A stretch of DNA of 9,064 bases from a virus (taxonomy: Duplodnaviria; Heunggongvirae; Uroviricota; Caudoviricetes), in the IMG/VR virus record IMGVR_UViG_2872180393_000009; one strand, 5' to 3'. Position 1 is the first letter of the stretch; each line of letters begins with the position of its first letter. The position numbers and the translations under genes were made by a program. This document shows positions 6,832 to 9,064 of this stretch, in pieces. Below the pieces are notes generated by a model that saw nothing but the letters and a program-made list of their open reading frames with translations, was not told the origin of the DNA and ran no database searches.

Positions 6832-7134
6832 ATGAGCAGAAAAACCCAACGTTACTCTAAAGAGTTCAAAGCCGAAGCTGTCAGAACGGTTCTTGAAAAT
6901 CAACTTTCGATCAGTGAAGGCGCTTCCCGATTATCCCTTCCTGAAGGCACTTTAGGACAATGGGTTACCGCCGCCAGAAAAGGGCTCGGTACTCCTGGTT
7001 CCCGCACGGTGGCTGAACTGGAATCTGAAATTCTGCAACTGCGTAAGGCGTTAAATGAAGCTCGCCTTGAGCGAGATATATTAAAAAAAGCAACAGCGTA
7101 TTTTGCACAGGAGTCGCTGAAAAATACGCGTTAA
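6832..7134 (+). CDS. IS600 OrfA
   Basis: 100-aa ORF MSRKTQRYSKEFKAEAVRTVLENQLSISEGASRLSLPEG..., with an HTH-like N-terminus and a leucine-zipper-like C-terminus typical of IS3-family OrfA. Confidence 0.9.
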   Translation: MSRKTQRYSKEFKAEAVRTVLENQLSISEGASRLSLPEGTLGQWVTAARKGLGTPGSRTVAELESEILQLRKALNEARLERDILKKATAYFAQESLKNTR

Positions 7135-7169
7135 TCGAACAATGGCGACAACAATTTCCCATTGAAGCG

Positions 7170-7988
7170 ATGTGTCAGGTATTTGGTGTATCCAGGAGCG
7201 GTTATTACAACCGGGTACAGCATGAACCCTCAGACAGAAAACAAAGTGATGAGCGGCTAAAACTGGAGATTAAGGTGGCACATATCCGCACTCGCGAAAC
7301 ATATGGAACCCGGCGGCTCCAGACGGAGCTGGCAGAGAATGGCATCATCGTTGGTCGTGACCGACTGGCACGTCTTCGTAAGGAGCTAAGGCTACGCTGT
7401 AAGCAGAAACGCAAGTTCAGAGCGACTACGAACCCGAACCACAATCTGCCAGTTGCGCCAAATCTGCTGAACCAGACGTTCGCTCCTACAGCACCAAATC
7501 AGGTCTGGGTGGCGGACCTGACGTATGTTGCCACACAGGAGGGATGGTTGTACCTCGCTGGCATCAAAGATGTTTATACGTGCGAAATTGTCGGCTACGC
7601 CATGGGAGAGCGCATGACAAAAGAGCTGACAGGTAAAGCCCTGTTTATGGCGCTCAGGAGCCAGCGCCCACCTGCCGGGCTAATCCACCACTCTGATCGA
7701 GGTTCACAGTACTGCGCATACGATTACCGGGTCATACAGGAGCAGTTTGGTCTGAAAACATCAATGTCGCGTAAAGGTAACTGTTACGACAACGCTCCGA
7801 TGGAAAGCTTCTGGGGAACGCTGAAAAATGAGAGCCTGAGCCACTATCGTTTTAATAACCGGGATGAAGCCATCTCAGTAATACGGGAATACATTGAGAT
7901 TTTCTACAATCGTCAGCGTCGTCACTCTCGTCTGGGGAATATCTCCCCGGCAGCCTTCAGGGAAAAATATCATCAGATGGCTGCTTAA
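7170..7988 (+). CDS. IS600 OrfB (transposase catalytic DDE domain), normally expressed as an OrfAB fusion by -1 frameshifting
   Basis: 272-aa ORF containing DDE-region motifs (WVADLTYV, HHSDRGSQY, CYDNAPMESFWGTLKNE). The orfB frame is open upstream from the A AAA AAA G slippery run at 7083-7090 inside orfA. Confidence 0.9.
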   Translation: MCQVFGVSRSGYYNRVQHEPSDRKQSDERLKLEIKVAHIRTRETYGTRRLQTELAENGIIVGRDRLARLRKELRLRCKQKRKFRATTNPNHNLPVAPNLLNQTFAPTAPNQVWVADLTYVATQEGWLYLAGIKDVYTCEIVGYAMGERMTKELTGKALFMALRSQRPPAGLIHHSDRGSQYCAYDYRVIQEQFGLKTSMSRKGNCYDNAPMESFWGTLKNESLSHYRFNNRDEAISVIREYIEIFYNRQRRHSRLGNISPAAFREKYHQMAA

Positions 7989-8098
7989 AAAAAGAACAAA
8001 TGGTAGTATCCGCTATTGCCAGTACACCTCAAAGGGGTTCATGTATTAAAAGTCGACGGAGTTAAAGAACGTTGGGTCGACTTAATGGAGATTTCAAA

Positions 8099-9064
8099 AT
8101 GGGCAAGAAAGAACAAGGATCATTACCTCTCCCAAGAGGAGTAACTATTCGTCAATACAAGAATTGCTCTACATTAGTTGTAACCTTCACATATAAAGGG
8201 GTTCTTTGCAGAGAACCCTTACCAAGGCTGGAAGCTAACGCAAAGGGGATTAAGTATGCAGAGCGACTTCTCGGAGAAATAAAAAACCAAATCTGTGATG
8301 ATTCATTCGATTTTTCAAAATACTTTCCAAACTCCAGGAAGTTAGCATTATTTGGAATGGTAAAGAAGAATAAAAGTGTGAGAGATTACCTAGATGAATA
8401 TCTGGAAATTTGCAAAAACAGAAAGTTATCTCCTTCAACAATAAATGGATATGAAAAATGCGTATCTGCATTATCGGAACTACATAAGCTACATGTCGTT
8501 GACCTGACACCAGCAATATTAAAAAAATGGATTTCAAGAAGAACAACAAAACTTAAGACCATAAGAAACAATCTGTCATTTTTAAGAAGCGCAGTAGATG
8601 AAGCGGTCACTGACGGACTTATAACGATAAATCCTGTAAAACTGGTTAGTGCAAGTAGATACCATGCGGTTAACCATACAGCCAATGCTGATGATTATGA
8701 AGTGGATCCCTTCACGCCAGCAGAGGCAACAGCTATCTACAACGCCTGTCTCTATCAGGAATGGAGAAATCTTTTTTGTTTCGCATTCAATACAGGCCTT
8801 CGAAGCTCAGAATTATGTGCATTGCGTTGGTCTGATATTGATTTTATTGGGCATACCGTTCACGTACAGGTCGCTTCTGTCGTTGGTGTAATAAAAGGAA
8901 CCAAAACAAAAGCAGGGACCAGAAAAGTTGAATTAAACAATGAAGCCATAATGGCATTGCAGTCCCAGAAATCATTTACGATGATGAGAAGTGATTTTGT
9001 ATTCAGTGATCCAAAAACACGCAAGCCGTGGGCTAATTCAGCTGCGATTCGCAAGAAAGCCTGA
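8099..9064 (+). CDS. int: Tyrosine recombinase / phage integrase, probably C-terminally truncated (likely pseudogene)
   Basis: ATG at 8099 with GGAG 8 nt upstream. N-terminal arm-binding-like segment (LPRGVTIRQY...TFTYKGVLCREPLP), box I arginine (FNTGLRSSELCALRWSDIDF) and the KGTKTKAGTRKVEL hairpin are present. The ORF stops 17 aa after FVFSDP, before the expected HxxR and catalytic Tyr. AT-rich relative to the rest of the window. Confidence 0.7.
   Translation: MGKKEQGSLPLPRGVTIRQYKNCSTLVVTFTYKGVLCREPLPRLEANAKGIKYAERLLGEIKNQICDDSFDFSKYFPNSRKLALFGMVKKNKSVRDYLDEYLEICKNRKLSPSTINGYEKCVSALSELHKLHVVDLTPAILKKWISRRTTKLKTIRNNLSFLRSAVDEAVTDGLITINPVKLVSASRYHAVNHTANADDYEVDPFTPAEATAIYNACLYQEWRNLFCFAFNTGLRSSELCALRWSDIDFIGHTVHVQVASVVGVIKGTKTKAGTRKVELNNEAIMALQSQKSFTMMRSDFVFSDPKTRKPWANSAAIRKKA

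Larger units (their letters stand above)
6768..8031 (+). mobile_element. IS600 (IS3 family), complete copy, 1264 bp
   Basis: Ends TGAGGTAGCCTGAGTTTAACGG (6768-) and ...CCAGTACACCTCA (-8031) form imperfect terminal inverted repeats. Length 1264 bp matches the IS600 length I recall. Contains orfA and orfB with an IS3-type frameshift window. Confidence 0.9.

Noticed and set aside
6965-7444. Minus-strand ORFs inside IS600 (6965-7162, 7205-7444)
   Set aside because: Antisense to IS600 orfA/orfB; not part of the known IS600 coding organisation as I recall it.
8250-9054. ORFs overlapping the integrase gene (8250-8549 minus, 8386-8685 minus, 8649-8891 plus, 8860-9054 minus)
   Set aside because: AT-rich DNA produces long spurious ORFs. 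These are hydrophobic and low-complexity and overlap the homology-supported integrase frame.

Overview
This 9,064-bp window reads as a decayed lambdoid prophage segment (phage 21 / DLP12-like late region) in an E. coli/Shigella-type genome, cut by two IS600 (IS3-family) copies. Left to right: a partial inverted IS600 (1-367) truncating a DnaC-like loader gene; a DnaB-family helicase that appears to carry an internal in-frame deletion; a small unknown ORF; rusA; a Q antiterminator followed by a candidate pR'/tR' pair; an ORF6N-domain protein; a four-tRNA array with 1-3 nt spacers (anticodons CAU, UCU, UGU, UCC); about 610 bp with no convincing ORF ending in a strong intrinsic terminator; a lysis cassette (pinholin, SAR endolysin, Rz with embedded Rz1); an HNH endonuclease; a GC-rich dyad (possible cos) and a 24-codon terS start cut off by a complete IS600 (6768-8031); then an AT-rich tyrosine integrase ORF that stops before the catalytic region. 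I did not find a clear novel defence or toxin system. The most unexplained part is the accessory locus between Q and the holin (ORF6N protein, tRNA array, non-coding stretch). All homology calls come from reading the translations against remembered family sequences; no database search was run.
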